Source of the DNA: Camelus ferus
Lineage: Eukaryota
NCBI RefSeq assembly: GCF_009834535.1
Contig: NC_045696.1
Coordinates: 48,734,001 to 48,798,000 of the forward strand
Direction of reading: 5' to 3'
DNA length: 64,000 bases
Shown here piece after piece: positions 51,500 through 64,000 of this stretch. The first letter of the stretch is position 1. Each line of letters begins with the position of its first letter. A model generated the notes under the pieces. That model had not been told where the DNA came from. It was given only the letters and a program-made list of their open reading frames with translations, and ran no database searches. The translations under genes and the position numbers were made by a program.

Positions 51500-52200
51500 A
51501 AACCTAAATGTCTTGCCTGATGTTAAAGGTTCTTGATAATCTGCACCCTCCACCCTGACCCCCTCCACTCTCAGTATCCAAGTTTACTTCTTCATTTTTG
51601 CTCGCCGGAACCTCCTTCCAGGTGCACTCTCACTACTCGTCAGGCATATCCTGCCTTGACCTGTGCGCTGAGCTCCCACAGCTTTCATAGCCTATGCTGC
51701 CGAGTTTAAAACAATGGTGTCGTCTCAGAGTCTGATTAACTGTTTTGTTTACCTCTCTCCAAGTACACCTGGAGGATAGAGGCACTAGTTATATTTTGCT
51801 TTTTGGATCTCTCACAGGCTTCCACCCTGCCCAAACTTAAATGCCAATCATTCAGAATTCATTGCAATTTTATTTTAACTCAGCCTTTATTCATTCTGTT
51901 TCTTCTTCTTGAACTACACCATCTCTCTTTGCTTGATTAACTCATTTTTGATGTTTGGCACTCAACTCAGTCACTATTTCCTCCAGGGAGAGACCCCTGA
52001 GGTTTCCACCTTAGTTTAAGAATTTATTGCTATGAGTCTATCGTTATAGTTCTGTATATTACATTGAATTTTAATTAGCTGGTTTTCTGTATCTAAGTCC
52101 CATTAGCCTACACGTTTCCTAAGGGCATGAACTAGTTCATATTTGTATTGGTTTCCTCAGCATATATAATAAGCCCTCAACGCATTTTTAAAGAATAAAT
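51500..52200 (+). mobile_element. L2 3' fragments
   Basis: aaggttcttgataatctgcaccc...; ctcaactcagtcactatttcctccagggag; ttcctaagggcatgaactagttcatatttgt. Confidence 0.5.
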
Positions 52201-52662
52201 TGATACTAAAGGATACTGAAATAAAAGCTAGTATGTTATTGCTGTTAGAAAATAGATGGTAAAGCAAAGGTCTTAAATATAAAGAGAACTTTGCGTAGGG
52301 AAGGAATGGGACTAAAATGGAGTGAGAAAAATATAGAGCAACAATGTGGAACTGAGGTGGTCACAGGAGTCCATGACTGGTGATCCCCATGCTGGGCTGA
52401 CCAGGATGGCCTAGGAAGGGACAAAAGAGCTCAGACTAGAGAGATTTAGATAAAGAGCTACGTACACGTACTTTGCTGTAGATGATTTACAGACTGAACT
52501 TCCTCACACTGGTAAGCACCATGTACACACTAATTACCTAAATGATGACTAAATTTGGTTTTTGAACTGCTCTGACAGCTCCCTCCACTCTCAGCATCCA
52601 AGTTTAGTTTCTTTTTGCTCAGCCAGAACCTCCTTCCAGGAGCACTCTCACTACTAGTCAGG
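51561..52662 (+). repeat. Dispersed direct repeat pair, 82-84 bp (51561-51644 and 52581-52662)
   Basis: Both copies read ccctccactctcagYatccaagttta...tttttgctc...gaacctccttccaggWgcactctcactactMgtcagg. The starts are exactly 1020 bp apart. Confidence 0.95.
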
Positions 52663-52836
52663 GGTGGATCCTGGATCCACCATTTACTTGTTGGATGTGC
52701 TTAGCCTTTCCAAACCTGTTTCCTCACCTACAATGTAGGGCCATCTGAGTATGTGAGTTGTAGTGAAAATTAACAATGATGTGTGGAAAGGATATAATAC
52801 ACATCCTAACAGAGTATTTATTTAATAAATAGCAGC
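52663..52836 (+). mobile_element. MIR fragment
   Basis: atcctggatccaccatttact...cttagcctttccaaacctgtttcctcacctacaatgtaggg...gttgtagtgaaaattaa. Confidence 0.6.
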
Positions 52837-53257
52837 TATATTAGGATGCTCTAGAGAAACAGAATATTTCATATTCTTTTTCATATTCAGAAATAAAAAA
52901 TATATATGTATATTTTTAATAAATATGCTGCAAGCTGGAGACCCAGGAAAGCCAGTAGTGTAGCCTGAAAACCTGAGAACTAGGAGCATGAAGGACAGGC
53001 AGAGAAGATCAATTCCCCAGCTCAGTTAATCGGAGAGAAAATTCAATTTTTCTTTGCCTTTTTGTTCAATTCAGATATGCAATGGATTGGACATTACCCG
53101 TCCACACTGGGGAGGGCCATCTACTTTACTCAGTCCATCAATTCAACACTAATCTCTTACAGAAACACCCTCACAGACACATCCAGAAATAATGTTTAAC
53201 CACCTATGTGGGCATCCCTTGGCCCTGTCAAGTTGACACATAAAATTAACCACCACA
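52837..53257 (-). mobile_element. MLT2B-type ERVL LTR, solo
   Basis: tattaggatgctctagagaaacagaa ... tgcaagctggagacccaggaaagcc ... gaaacaccctcacagacacatccagaaataatgtt ... gtcaagttgacacataaaattaaccaccaca. Confidence 0.9.
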
Positions 53258-55342
53258 GCGTCTTTTGTTCTAGTAGCAGCCATAGTAGTGGTTATTGTTT
53301 TCATTTTAGTAGTAATAGTAATAATCTTATCTAAAGAAGAGAATATCTCTGACTCTTGAGGTGTCAATAGCAGGACTCGCCAGAGGTAATGGTGAGCACT
53401 CTTCTACTGAGGGTCTATGAGGCACTTTCGTCATAAGATCTGGACCATTTCCTCCTTTCTCAGATTTGCTGCTCTCAACAGCCTAGGCTATCTCAAGCAT
53501 GCCAAATTGTTCTAGTACAGATTATGCGATCTACTCTGGGGTCTTCATTACCTCATTTAACTAAAGAAGATGCTTGAATAATTTCTCTCCATTAGGACCA
53601 TTCCAGTCATTGAGCATTTTCTCACCCCTTCATTTCATGACCATTTTAAGACTACCAGAAAAAGAAATAGAAAAAAGTCACATTAGACTGGATAGAGCGC
53701 AATTTTTCATCCTTCTACTATGTTTTAAATTCTCTCTCAGACACCCTGCTTGCAAACACCTCTAAATCCCCAAGGCTAGGCAAGTGTATTCTCTAAAATG
53801 CCTGAATAGTAAATTATTTTTAACAGCTTCTCCCATCTCTTTTTCCAAGCAGAGCATATGACTCAGAAACCATCCTGCCTCCCGCTGACTGCCATCCCTC
53901 TCATCTCAGGAGAAATTTTAGTGTCGATAAGCACTCCATTTATGTTGGGACTGACAAATTAAAGGGACCCACACTTGACGTTTGTTGGGGATCCAATTAG
54001 CTATTACTAACAAACATAAGATTTATTATTGTTTTTCAGTTTGATATCCTGCAGGAGTTTACACACAAAGTAAATAGTATTTCATTGCCAGGATGTTACT
54101 TGCAACTTTCCTTCAATTCAAGTTTGAAGCAAACGATGATAATGAGACACAGGTCTACTGAACAATATTTAAATATCTGTCTGTCAACAAAGCTCATTAA
54201 AAGCCACAGGGCTTTTATGATAAGCCAGTGCTTTCTGCTCGACACCAAGACAGTATGTGCATACCTTCTCAAAGAATCAGCTAGAAATATACCTTATCAA
54301 AAAGCAGGGTCAAAATTATGAATCAGCCCATGGAACATACACAGAAATCACCAGCATTCTAGAAGAGCCAAGAAACAACAAACCAACTGCCTGCAGTAGC
54401 ATTTATTTAATGATTGAAAAGAAAACACTGGATTTCCATGGTAATCTACCTTTGCAGCTTTTACAGACACCTAATCCTAACATCCAGCAAATTTCAGAAA
54501 TATCAAATGAATACATTTTATCTTCAAATTTATATAGGATATCCCTTCCATTTCACCATATTACTTTAAGTAGAAATATGTAAAAATAAATATAAAAAGG
54601 AGTATCTTTGCAATGATGCATTTGAATGTAGCATGTATACTCACACAGAGAGGAAATTTTGTGGAATTACACTCACTGCTGTACAAATTAAAGCCCAAAA
54701 TAGGACAACACATGATCAAAGACCTATACTCATTACTCTATATAATTCGAACCATAGCAGCTTTCAGGAAAATTACATGTTTCTATAAAAAGCCAACCCA
54801 GTCTTTGGTTGAGATTATTCCTTTGAAGTTGTACGCTCCTAAACCTAGGAATTTGGACTTTTAGGATGCCGTACCTGTACAATCGGACACTGCCCTCCAT
54901 GCTATTGCCCAATCAATTCTTATCTTCTTATCCCAAAGTCCATTTATAGCAATACATGTATAAAGCAACACTTTTTTTTTCCTTCATTAAGTACAATCAC
55001 GATTATAAAACAAAGGCAAAAGCATACAGACTTTTTTCTTATAAGGGCATTGAGACATTTACAGGTGCATATATTGTCCCATTCTCTTTGTGAAATAGGT
55101 TGAAGCAGATTATACACACTTTTCACCTAGAAAAAGACGGGCAAAAGGATTTTCCTAAGGTTGGCTTTGGTATGACCATACTATGGGTTTTTATTTATCC
55201 ACTAAATACTTATCATTTCACTATCAGTTCCCCTTTCTATGTTAAACATCTAATCAGAAATACTTTTTTATTCATGTAATAGCTATACCTCTATGGTTTT
55301 TACCAGTGGTTCCAAAACATACCCTCAAATTAAAATGAGCTT

Positions 55343-55400
55343 TTTTCCTGTATATCGACCAGTGTTTTCCCTGTATATTGACCAATGTTTTCCCTGACCA
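55343..55400. repeat. 23-bp tandem repeat, about 2.5 copies
   Basis: ttttcctgtatatcgaccagtg ttttccctgtatattgaccaatg ttttccctgacca. Confidence 0.85.
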
Positions 55401-56754
55401 CTTTATAACATCACTACTTTTACTTATCACATTTTTTCCAACCCATAGCAGTTCAGTTTGAGAGGCTCTCTGAGATGTCTTTGATATGGAAGAGCCACTG
55501 AAAAAGGGAGCTTAGAAAACAATAGGAAATTCTATTTCTAAACACTGAAGTGTAGAAATAAAAGTCACGCACCAGAGATGGTAACATACCGTTGCTATCA
55601 CAATGAGGTAAGGTATTTGGATTAAGTTGAAAGGAAAGCATTTCTAATTACACAGCTAAATGGCAGGTGACAATTTGAACTGCTTGATGTAGTTTATAGA
55701 TTAAAAGTTCATAATGCCTTTATCTAATTCTTTTCTCCCCATCCGGTGATAACCTCTTAAATGGAATGTTGAGAACAGCAACCTTCAAAAGTGACTGAAC
55801 ACAGAGGAGGCTTAACTTTTCCTAATGACCTTTTAATGCAAAGCAAAAGGTCAGTAGTTAGTGTTACTCACATTGAGGCTGACGAAGAATGTGGACTAAA
55901 TCTAAATGGCAAAAGCTTGTTGTTGGAGGTCACTTCTTAATTGACTTTCCTGACATTAATGCTTGTTATAACCCAGGCAACTAGTTTTAAAGCTGCAGTT
56001 CTCTCTTCAAAGCCTGGCTTATTATAGATAAGATATTTGTCAAAGACATAGGTCAATACTTACTCAGTTACATGAATAGTCTGTACAAATAAACCTTTGA
56101 ATGTTGCTCATTCTTTTACAAGGAATGCATTTTGGTACATTTTCTTTAAACTAGATTGGTATTTTCAGCTATCATGTATATACATGTAATGAACTTCAGG
56201 TCTTTGGCACTCCTTTATGTACCAGTCGTGTTAATACTATGGGTGTGTTCTCAGGGTCTTCTTGGTTTATATGCATTTTCAGGAGGCACTGCGGTGCAGT
56301 GGACTGTGGACGGGATTCATTCAGCTAACCAGAGTTGCAATGCCCACCCTAACAGTCACCATTTTTCAATTAGCCTTGTTTGAGAAGCTGCTCTTAAACT
56401 CAAGGATTGCCTAAAGTTTATATGAGAGTCTAGCAGACAGAGTTCTGTCTGGGTCTCAGTTTTCTAATTTATAAATTTTGGATTTGTATAAATGATCTGT
56501 AACTGTACCTATACTAATACTGTATTTCAAACACGTTTATCCTCTGCCATCTTTAGCTGAATTATAACAACTTGAACATTCAGTAGCTCTGAGGATGTTT
56601 ATATTAGAATGAAAACTCTGCTCTCTCCCACTCCTTCAATTTTTGCAAACATGTTTTTACCATAATTTGGACAACCCAAAGCATGTTCATCAGCCTTTTC
56701 CAACTAAAACATACTTCTTTCCCATGGAAGAAAGAACTGTCCCATAACTTCAAA

Positions 56755-57370
56755 TTCAAAGAATCATACAATCTCTGGCTAGAAGAAACCTTAAGCAGTT
56801 ATATCTTCCAGCTGAGTTACTCACAAATCTGTTGTGTCCCTGTCAAAAGATCTGCTGGACCTTAACTGTCCAATAAGGAGTCACTAGCCACAAGTAGATG
56901 CTTAAATTTAAATTGATAAAAATTTAAAAGTAAAATCCAGTTCTTCTATTGTATTAGCCACATTTCACATGCTCATAAGCTGCCACACAGGGCTGGTGGC
57001 TTCCTATGGAACAACAGAGGTATAGAGCATTTCCACCAGCAGGGAAAATTCCATTAGGCAGTGTCGATGTAAACTAAATTATAACACCATCATTACAGAA
57101 AACTTGCTACCTCCCAAGAGTATCTGTGATGTTTTTAGAATACTATTTTGTTAGGAATTTTTCCGTATATGTAATCAGACTTCCACCCATTTGTACTAGC
57201 TCCATTCCCTAAAATGAGCCTACAAATCACATGCTCTTCTGCATGGTACTCTTTCAAATACAAGAAATTTGTCATGGGACTCCTTTTCTTTGTTGTGTCC
57301 TCCTACAGGACTATCTGCTGCCTTTTAGGTGCATAACAGAATTCGATGACTTTGCCTTAAAAATTCTGAA
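56755..57370 (-). mobile_element. L3/CR1 3' region, interrupted by MER3
   Basis: aagaatcatacaatctctggctagaagaaacctta, then ctacctcccaag...tgttaggaattttt...acttccacccatttgtactag...ctcttctgcatggtactctttcaaata. Confidence 0.65.
56860..57067 (+). mobile_element. MER3 (hAT-Charlie) MITE
   Basis: ctgtccaataaggagtcactagccaca...ttaaatttaaatt...tagccacatttcacatgctca...tatagagcatttccacc...aattccattaggcagtg. Confidence 0.85.
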
Positions 57371-57916
57371 ATGTGAGTCTTATTCTGGGTCACAAATTTA
57401 CAAGCCTAGGTCACAAGTATATAAATATATAAACATTTTGCATAAAAAAAAACAGTTTTGTATCCTCCAGATTCTGGCTTGCCACCCTGATTACCAGGCA
57501 TAGAATAAGCAATCAATAAATATTGGTTGAATTAATAAATGAATGAATTTAAACAGGGCATGTTGCTCTTAGTATATTAATGCTTGCTCTTGGTGTGTAA
57601 TCTCCATGTAGTAAATTAAAAACTCTTCTGATTATAAAATAGTAATATTCATCATAGATAACTTTGCATATGCACGAGAAAAAATAACCAAGATGCTACC
57701 ACTTAGGGATAATTACTTTTAATATATTTTGTTGCCTTGTTTTTTTCTGAACAAATTTGGAATATATGTTCATATTTTATAAACTTTTTTCTACCTAATA
57801 TATCATGTGCATTGTTCCACATCATTGAGGAAATTTCTAGTGGATTCTATTTCTTTATTAGATATATTGTATTAAATTATTTTATTTTACTTCATGTTGG
57901 ATTATTTCATATTTAC

Positions 57917-58313
57917 TTTTATAGACTGAATTGTGTCCCCTGCAAATACATGTGTGGAATCCCTAACCCCCAGTACCTCAGAATGCAACTGTATTTGGAG
58001 ATGGGGTCTTTAAAAAGATAACTAAGTTAAAATGGGACCCTTAGTGTGGACCCTAATTCAATATGACTGGTATTCTTATAAGAAGTGGAAATTAGGACAC
58101 AGACAACAGAGACAGTGGGATGACCACGTGAGGACATAGCCAGAAGGCAGCATCAGCAAATCTGCAAGTCAGCAAGAGATGGGCCACAGAAGAAACCAAA
58201 GGTGTTGACACCTTCATCTTGGACTTCTAGCTTCCAGAATTTGAGAATATACATTTTTTTTAAGCCATCCAGTCTGTGATAATTTTTTATGGCAGCCCTA
58301 GTAAACTAATATG
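57917..58313 (+). mobile_element. MLT1B LTR, solo and complete
   Basis: atagactgaattgtgtcccc...ccctaacccccagtacctcagaatg...acaccttcatcttggacttctagcttccagaa...ttatggcagccctagtaaactaata. Confidence 0.9.
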
Positions 58314-58977
58314 CTTTCTTCCCAATTTTTCATTTTCATAAATAAAGCTATTATTTCAAAAAATCTTTGTGCATATCTCTGTTTTCACACAATGGTTTTA
58401 CAAAAATTGTTTTAAAATATGTGGAAAAGCCTCTCATACATATTTTCAAATGATCTCAATAAAAGTTATACTTTGCAAACATGCAAAATTTCTCCCGATG
58501 GAATAAGAAAAGAGAAAAATCACATCACTCTGTTTTCAATTTTGCATATTTTAAAATTCAAGTAAAGTGGAACTTTTTTTTTCAGATGGTTTTTGGGCAT
58601 TGTTTTGTTGTAGTGTGATATGCAAACTTCATAGTTTTAATGCACGTGTAAATATATTGATTAGTTTTTCCTGTATGTGAACTTCTACATTTATATATGA
58701 TACATGTTTTCTGCCCTTGCTTTCATCGGTTAACATTATTTTGATATTTATTTGCATAGTCTTGTTAGTTTATTTACACTATGATGTAGTGTTATCCTGT
58801 ATGACTATATCTCAATTATTTATTATCTTATCATGGATTTTCACGTTATTTGTTTTTATTTTTTATTATCAATATAATTGCTATGAACACACTTGTATCT
58901 TTGCACCTTGGATGGAAGTTTGCTGTATGTTTCATTATACGCCAGTAAGTGAAATTACTGGCTTTACTAGTTGGAAG

Positions 58978-59195
58978 GGGCAGTATAATAATCATGGTTA
59001 AGAGGATGAACTCTGAAGCCAGGCTGCCTAGGTTCAATGCTATTTGTACCAGTAATGGACTTTTTGACATTGGCCAAGTTAACCAACCTCTCTACGTCAG
59101 TTCCCTCATATATAAAGTGATTAAAATTACAGTATGACTGGAACATAGTAAACACTCCACAATGTTCATTATATTTCTAACAGTATAAGATAATA
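58978..59195 (+). mobile_element. MIR
   Basis: catggttaagaggatgaactctgaagccaggctgcctaggttcaa...ttggccaagttaaccaacctctctacgtcagttccctcatatataaagtg. Confidence 0.8.
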
Positions 59196-59507
59196 ATAAA
59201 TTTTCCAAAGTGGTCAGATGAATTGATTCTTCCACTAGGGGTGTACACGAGTCCATGCACTTGACATTGTTGGACTTTTTTTCGGGATACATGGGAATAG
59301 CTATAATTTTCACTATCACCGTTGTATATTATTTCAGTGTATTCATTTATCTCAGTTTAGTCATTGCCCTTTCAAAAACTATTAGATTGTTCTCAGTCTA
59401 ATCTTGTCATTATAAATATCACTGCTATGAACATTTTTGTATATTTCCCTCCGGTTTATGCAAAATATAGGTATCTCAAAGATAAGAATGTATGCCAAAT
59501 TTGAGAG

Positions 59508-59550
59508 TGAATCAGTTTCACAGAGCCCTGAATCAGTTTCACAGAGCCCT
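59508..59550. repeat. Perfect 21-bp tandem duplication
   Basis: tgaatcagtttcacagagccc occurs twice in succession. Confidence 0.95.
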
Positions 59551-60614
59551 AGATGATGTATTTATGTTCTAAAGGTTTGGACTCTAATCTCTAATCCTCA
59601 AAGATTTCTCAAATTATTTTCCCCCAAATCAGTCCTATTGTAGATTATACCCAAGACATAAAAGCTGATTAGTTTTCTCTACTCAGAAGGGAGTCAGTTG
59701 TGGCTGTACTTCTGGAAAGGAATAAAGCTTTTGAGAGAACTTCAGAAGTGGAGTAATAAGTGCCACTGCATGCCCAGAGAACAGGTATCATATACAAATA
59801 AATACGTTAAACAGCCTCAGGATTTCAGAGCTGTATCTGTCCTCCAGCAGCCGCAGTTCCTTGACCACTGAAGAACAGCAGACATCATCGTGGAATAAAG
59901 GAAATATTGCAAGGTTATTCCAGAATATGCAGGTGAGGCACATGCAGCATCTGAGACGAAGGGAAAAAAATGTTTTCTGCCTTCCCTTGTGCTGGGATGA
60001 CACTAATTATCCTCCATCTCTTGCCCTCTTATTTAGTCACTTCTCTAGTATTCATTTCTAATAATGTGTAACCACAACCTGTCATTACAATCAAAGGACA
60101 AAATCAAACATAAAAATGTGAATAGAGGCTACATTAAAAATAATCTGTTTTCTCATCACAGAATCACTGGAAGCTGCCTTAATTCACATTTGGCTCCATC
60201 ATTTTATTTGCTCTTCCTCAGGCTGGGGGCTCTCATCCTTCCTTCTTCAATGACCAGAGTCACTGGTTTCTTCCACCTTGTCACTACAAAATCATACATG
60301 GGTACAAATGGTCTTTTAAATAATCACTAACCCCAGGAAAAAAAAAAAAAAAAAAACCCAAGATGGTAGGATTCTCCATTGGATTGGACTATAGTATGTC
60401 TTTCAAATTAATTCAAGTCTGGAGTCCTAGAACTTGAAATGAAGACAGAATGAAAGTGTCAAACATTATATTTTTATAAATATGATGAAAATAACACAAA
60501 GTTAGTACTGGTTTACCAATTACTTGAGCTCAGTCCTCCAATTTCCTCCTACTTACAATGCTAAAAGTTGTTTTGAAGGAGAGACACTGTTTAATTCATG
60601 TTTCCATGGCTAAA

Positions 60615-60745
60615 GCAACATGGAAAAGTGAAAGCAGCACTGGAACTGGAGTCAGGAGGCCTGACTGGTCTTTTACAGGCTGTGTTACTTTGCACAAGTC
60701 ACTAAATTCTCACTTTAGTTACAATAAACATGGAATCCAATCATT
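60615..60745 (+). mobile_element. MIR fragment
   Basis: gcactggaactggagtcaggaggcctg...ggctgtgttactttgcacaagtcactaaa. Confidence 0.65.
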
Positions 60746-60921
60746 ATTTTCACTCAGTAATCTGAGTAGTTGTCTCCTCGATCTATGGAGGGCAAATAGG
60801 CAGAAGTCTGGAACGTTCCTCTCCACACTTATCAGAGCTACTTTGATCTGCTTCATATACCAGATTAGACAGTCTCCGAGGGGCTTTTCATGGCCTCCAA
60901 ATCACCTTGGAAAACTATAGC

Positions 60922-61103
60922 TGTTGTTCTCAACCCTGGCCACAGAATCTTCTTGGGAACTAAAACAATCCCAGTACCCAGAACACATCGTCAGAGACTG
61001 TGACTTAATTGGCCGTCGTAGGGCCATGTGAGCAATAATATTTAAAAGCCCCCCCCCCCCCCCCCGCCAGGGGACTCTCTGCAACTATAGTCAAGAAACC
61101 CTG
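60922..61103. mobile_element. MER5A-like MITE with an expanded C run
   Basis: tgttctcaaccctggcc...agaatcttcttgggaacttaaaacaatccc...cagagactgtgacttaattgg...atttaaaagc(C)n...caagaaaccctg. Confidence 0.7.
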
Positions 61104-62384
61104 CTTTCAGGGTTTATGAATACATGACTGGATTGGGACTCCTGCTTTGTCCCCTTCCATTAGTCCACATGCCAAACACCCAAAACCATTCAGTCAGCAA
61201 GAAATTAGGCAGCAGACTTGAAAGAAATTAAATAAATATTTCCTCTTTTTATTAATCTCTCTGGCTAGACTTTTCACGGAGATAGACTGTTATAAAGTGA
61301 GTCTGAACAGCAGCAGCTGGTGTATTCTTAGGCCACTGAGATGGTGAGCTGTCTGGGAAAAGCTAGACTAGGATGAATAGATTCAATGAACTTCAGTGCA
61401 CTTGCTGGAAACTTGGTAAGCCTTTCAGAAAACCTGCCAACTTCCTAAGTCAATATCCCAGGGCAGGGTTTCAGCAATAACCATGCCAGTCTTTCCTACT
61501 GTGTATGGGTGAAGCAGCAAGAATCCGTGAATTAGCGGCAGCTCCATTCTCATTCAATATACACCTAATCCGCTCCTGGTTCAATGGTTGTGGCTACTCA
61601 GCTGACTCCTGTTGACTCTTTTCAGCTCTGAATTTTGTGACCAAGAAAATTTGTCTTTTCTACATACATGGAAACTTTGTAGTCTGTTCATTAGTTCAAC
61701 TAATCTTCTTCCCAAAACATGGGATTATTCTACATTTCATGTTTTACAGAGATACTCCTCATAAAGTTTGCATCAGAGAGCTGTTAATTCCATTTCTAGT
61801 GCCAAAAATGCAAAAATTTATTCATCTATTTTGAACAAAAGGGAGAAAAATGAGGAAAATTTCTTTGTAATATGAATGTACTTATTATGAACATAAGTTT
61901 GATTAAATGAAAAGTTGACTTTTTATCACAGTATGGCAGCATATATTGAAATGATAAATGGTAATAATACTTTATTATTTATATGTATGACAATGCATTA
62001 ATTATTCATAACCTTATGTATATAGTCTGAAAAACAGCTTAATACAAGTAGACAGATGATAGCTAGAGATCGATAGATACTCAGAAATTGGGAAGAGTAT
62101 GAAAATGGCATATGAAATCATTAAAATTGAATTGTCTAGGAATGGCAAAGAACAGAATCATACCAGACACCAGTGCATACATCTATATTTTACATCAGAA
62201 GCTACCTTGGGCAGGGGGATGATTGGGTCTGATTCAAGACTGCTAAACACAGTGTCAATTTTTATTTAAGGCCCAAATGCTCAGATTTTAGGGTAAACTG
62301 TTGAGAGTGGAGGAAAAGATGGTCTCTCTTCTTTATTTGAGAATATGAGTGATAAAAAAAGAGAAAGCATTAAGATGTAATAAC

Positions 62385-62620
62385 CAAATAGTAACAATAA
62401 TTGTGGCTATCATGTAAATTTACTGTATTAGGCACTGATAGATTTAAGAGATGTTTTATATACTTCATCTCATTAAATCATGCAAGAGGTATATTATTAC
62501 CTTGTGTTACAGGTGAAGAAACTGCCTCTTAAATGTTAAGTAACTAGCCTAAGTCCATATAATTCCTAAGGGACAGAGGTAAATTCAAACCCAGGTCTGT
62601 CTGTTTTAGCTCTCTACTGA
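62385..62620 (-). mobile_element. MIR
   Basis: atctcattaaatcatgcaagaggtatattattacc...acaggtgaagaaactg...ttaagtaactagcctaag...attcaaacccaggtctgtctg. Confidence 0.8.
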
Positions 62621-62739
62621 GTATCAAAGGATATCAATTATTAGAATGCATGGTAATTAATACATGAAGCCAGGAACTATTTTGGTTAATTAAAGAATTA
62701 GTAAAACATCTTGGAGAAAATAAGCCATTATTAGCTATT

Positions 62740-63110
62740 CTGTGTCAGTCTTTCTTTCCTCCTTTCCAAAATAAATAATAGCACCCTCCTGGAAGCAAGT
62801 TCATGCTCATTTAATGAGATTCCCACAGTCCCCATCTCCATGAATAGAACCATTATCTACCCAGCTAGACAGCCGAGAGTCAACCTGACCTCACACCTAA
62901 GTATCACTGGGCCTTCAAGTCTAATCATTTCCCATTCTAAAAAATAGCTCTCTTATCCATTCTTAATTTCTACCTCACTTACACACACCAGTGCAAACCC
63001 CTATCAGTCCTCATTTGGATTATTCTCATTATTCTTTAATCCATTATTTTCATTACTATGAGAAAGATCTGTCTAAAAGGCTAATATGATCAGTTACCTC
63101 TCCATGATTC
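62740..63110 (+). mobile_element. L2 fragment
   Basis: catctccatgaatagaaccattatctacccagc...tcatttggattattc...aaagatctgtctaaaaggctaatatgatcag. Confidence 0.5.
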
Positions 63111-63119
63111 TATGATTGA

Positions 63120-63592
63120 GCAGATGTTACAATCTAGCAACATCATTCCTATCGATATAATCAACAGTTATGCACACATGTTCACCACATGGCATATAGT
63201 AGAATGTACATGATAATTCTATACAAAATAGTAAAAATTAGAGACTACCTGACTGCCTACCTTTAGAATGGATGAAAATGTTGTGGCATAGTCACACAAT
63301 GAAATATGTTATAACAATGAGAACAAACTAAACTACATACAAGTAACATGTATTACATACAAACATTTAAAAAATTCAGTAACATGCAAAACTAAGCTGT
63401 GCCTTTAGAAGTCAGGACTGTGGAGACTCATGGAGTTGGGGATAGAACTTGGAAGAGGGTGCTGGTATTGTCCTATTTTTCTATTTTGGTCCTGGTTACA
63501 TGTGTGTGTTCATATGCATTTTTATAAAGAGTATTAACACATGTTCACTTTTTTAATGTGTGCTCTATGTCAATTTTTTTTTAAAAAAAAGA
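63120..63592 (+). mobile_element. L1ME3-type 3' end
   Basis: tagaatggatgaaaatgttgtggcatagtcacacaatgaaata...aaaactaagctgtgcctttagaagtcaggac...gtgctggtattgtcctattt...ctggttacatgtgtgtgttca. Confidence 0.75.
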
Positions 63593-63654
63593 ACAGAAAT
63601 CTTTCAGTCATTCTTCAATATCTTACAACTCTTGCTTCTCTCCTCTGTGCATCC

Positions 63655-64000
63655 ATGTTAGTCAGGGTTCTCCAGGGAAACAGAACCAACAGGATGTCCA
63701 GCGAGAAAGAGAGGTATTTTAAAGAGCTGGCTCAAGGCCATTATGAAGGCTTGGCAAGTCCAAAATTCACAAGGTAAGCTGGCAGGCCAGAGACCAGGAA
63801 TGAAATGCTGTTCAAGTCCAAAGGTGGGCTACAGGTAGAATTCACTCTTCTGAAGGAGGTCAGTCTTTTTCTATTAAGGCCTTCAATGGATTGGATGAAG
63901 CCACCCAAATAAAAGAAAGTAATCTGCTTTACTCAGCCTGCTGATTTAAATGTTAATCTCATTTTAAAAATACCTTCACAGAAATACCTAGAATAATACT
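63655..64000 (-). mobile_element. MLT2 (MLT2C/D-like) LTR, running off the window end
   Basis: ttagtcagggttctccagggaaacagaaccaacagg...tggcaagtccaaaattc...ttaaggccttcaatggattggatgaagccaccc...ctgatttaaatgttaatc. Confidence 0.88.

Larger units (their letters stand above)
57620..59470 (-). mobile_element. Decayed L1ME-type fragments, interrupted by MLT1B and MIR
   Basis: ttataaaatagtaatattcatcatag; tataattgctatgaacacacttgta; attataaatatcactgctatgaacatttttgta. Confidence 0.55.

Overview
AT-rich, repeat-dense mammalian DNA, either intergenic or deep inside a long intron. I recognise no intact protein-coding gene, tRNA, rRNA or CRISPR array. The ORFs with recognisable homology are decayed transposon ORFs (hAT-Charlie transposase, L1 ORF1/ORF2, L2). 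Much of the window is ancient eutherian repeat: MIR, L2, L3/CR1, L1M, MLT1/MLT2, LTR16 with ERV3-16A3-type internal sequence, LTR33, MER3, MER5, MER20, MER47B, ORSL and MARNA-like. Four younger 5'-truncated L1 3' ends look cetartiodactyl, most likely camelid; this is inferred from recalled 3' UTR sequence and from seeing no Alu, B1, Bov-A, PRE-1 or CAN-SINE. Repeat names come from recalled consensus sequences, not a database search, and boundaries are approximate. The most notable observations are: (1) four co-oriented minus-strand exon-like units that could form an unannotated spliced transcript; (2) an 82-84 bp dispersed duplication exactly 1020 bp apart, abutting a 19-bp palindrome; (3) an L1 inserted into the tail of another L1, with a probable short 3' transduction; (4) a long Charlie transposase fossil split by two L1 insertions; (5) an everted pair of perfect NR4A (NBRE) sites. 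I see no convincing evidence of a new biological system; these are leads to test.
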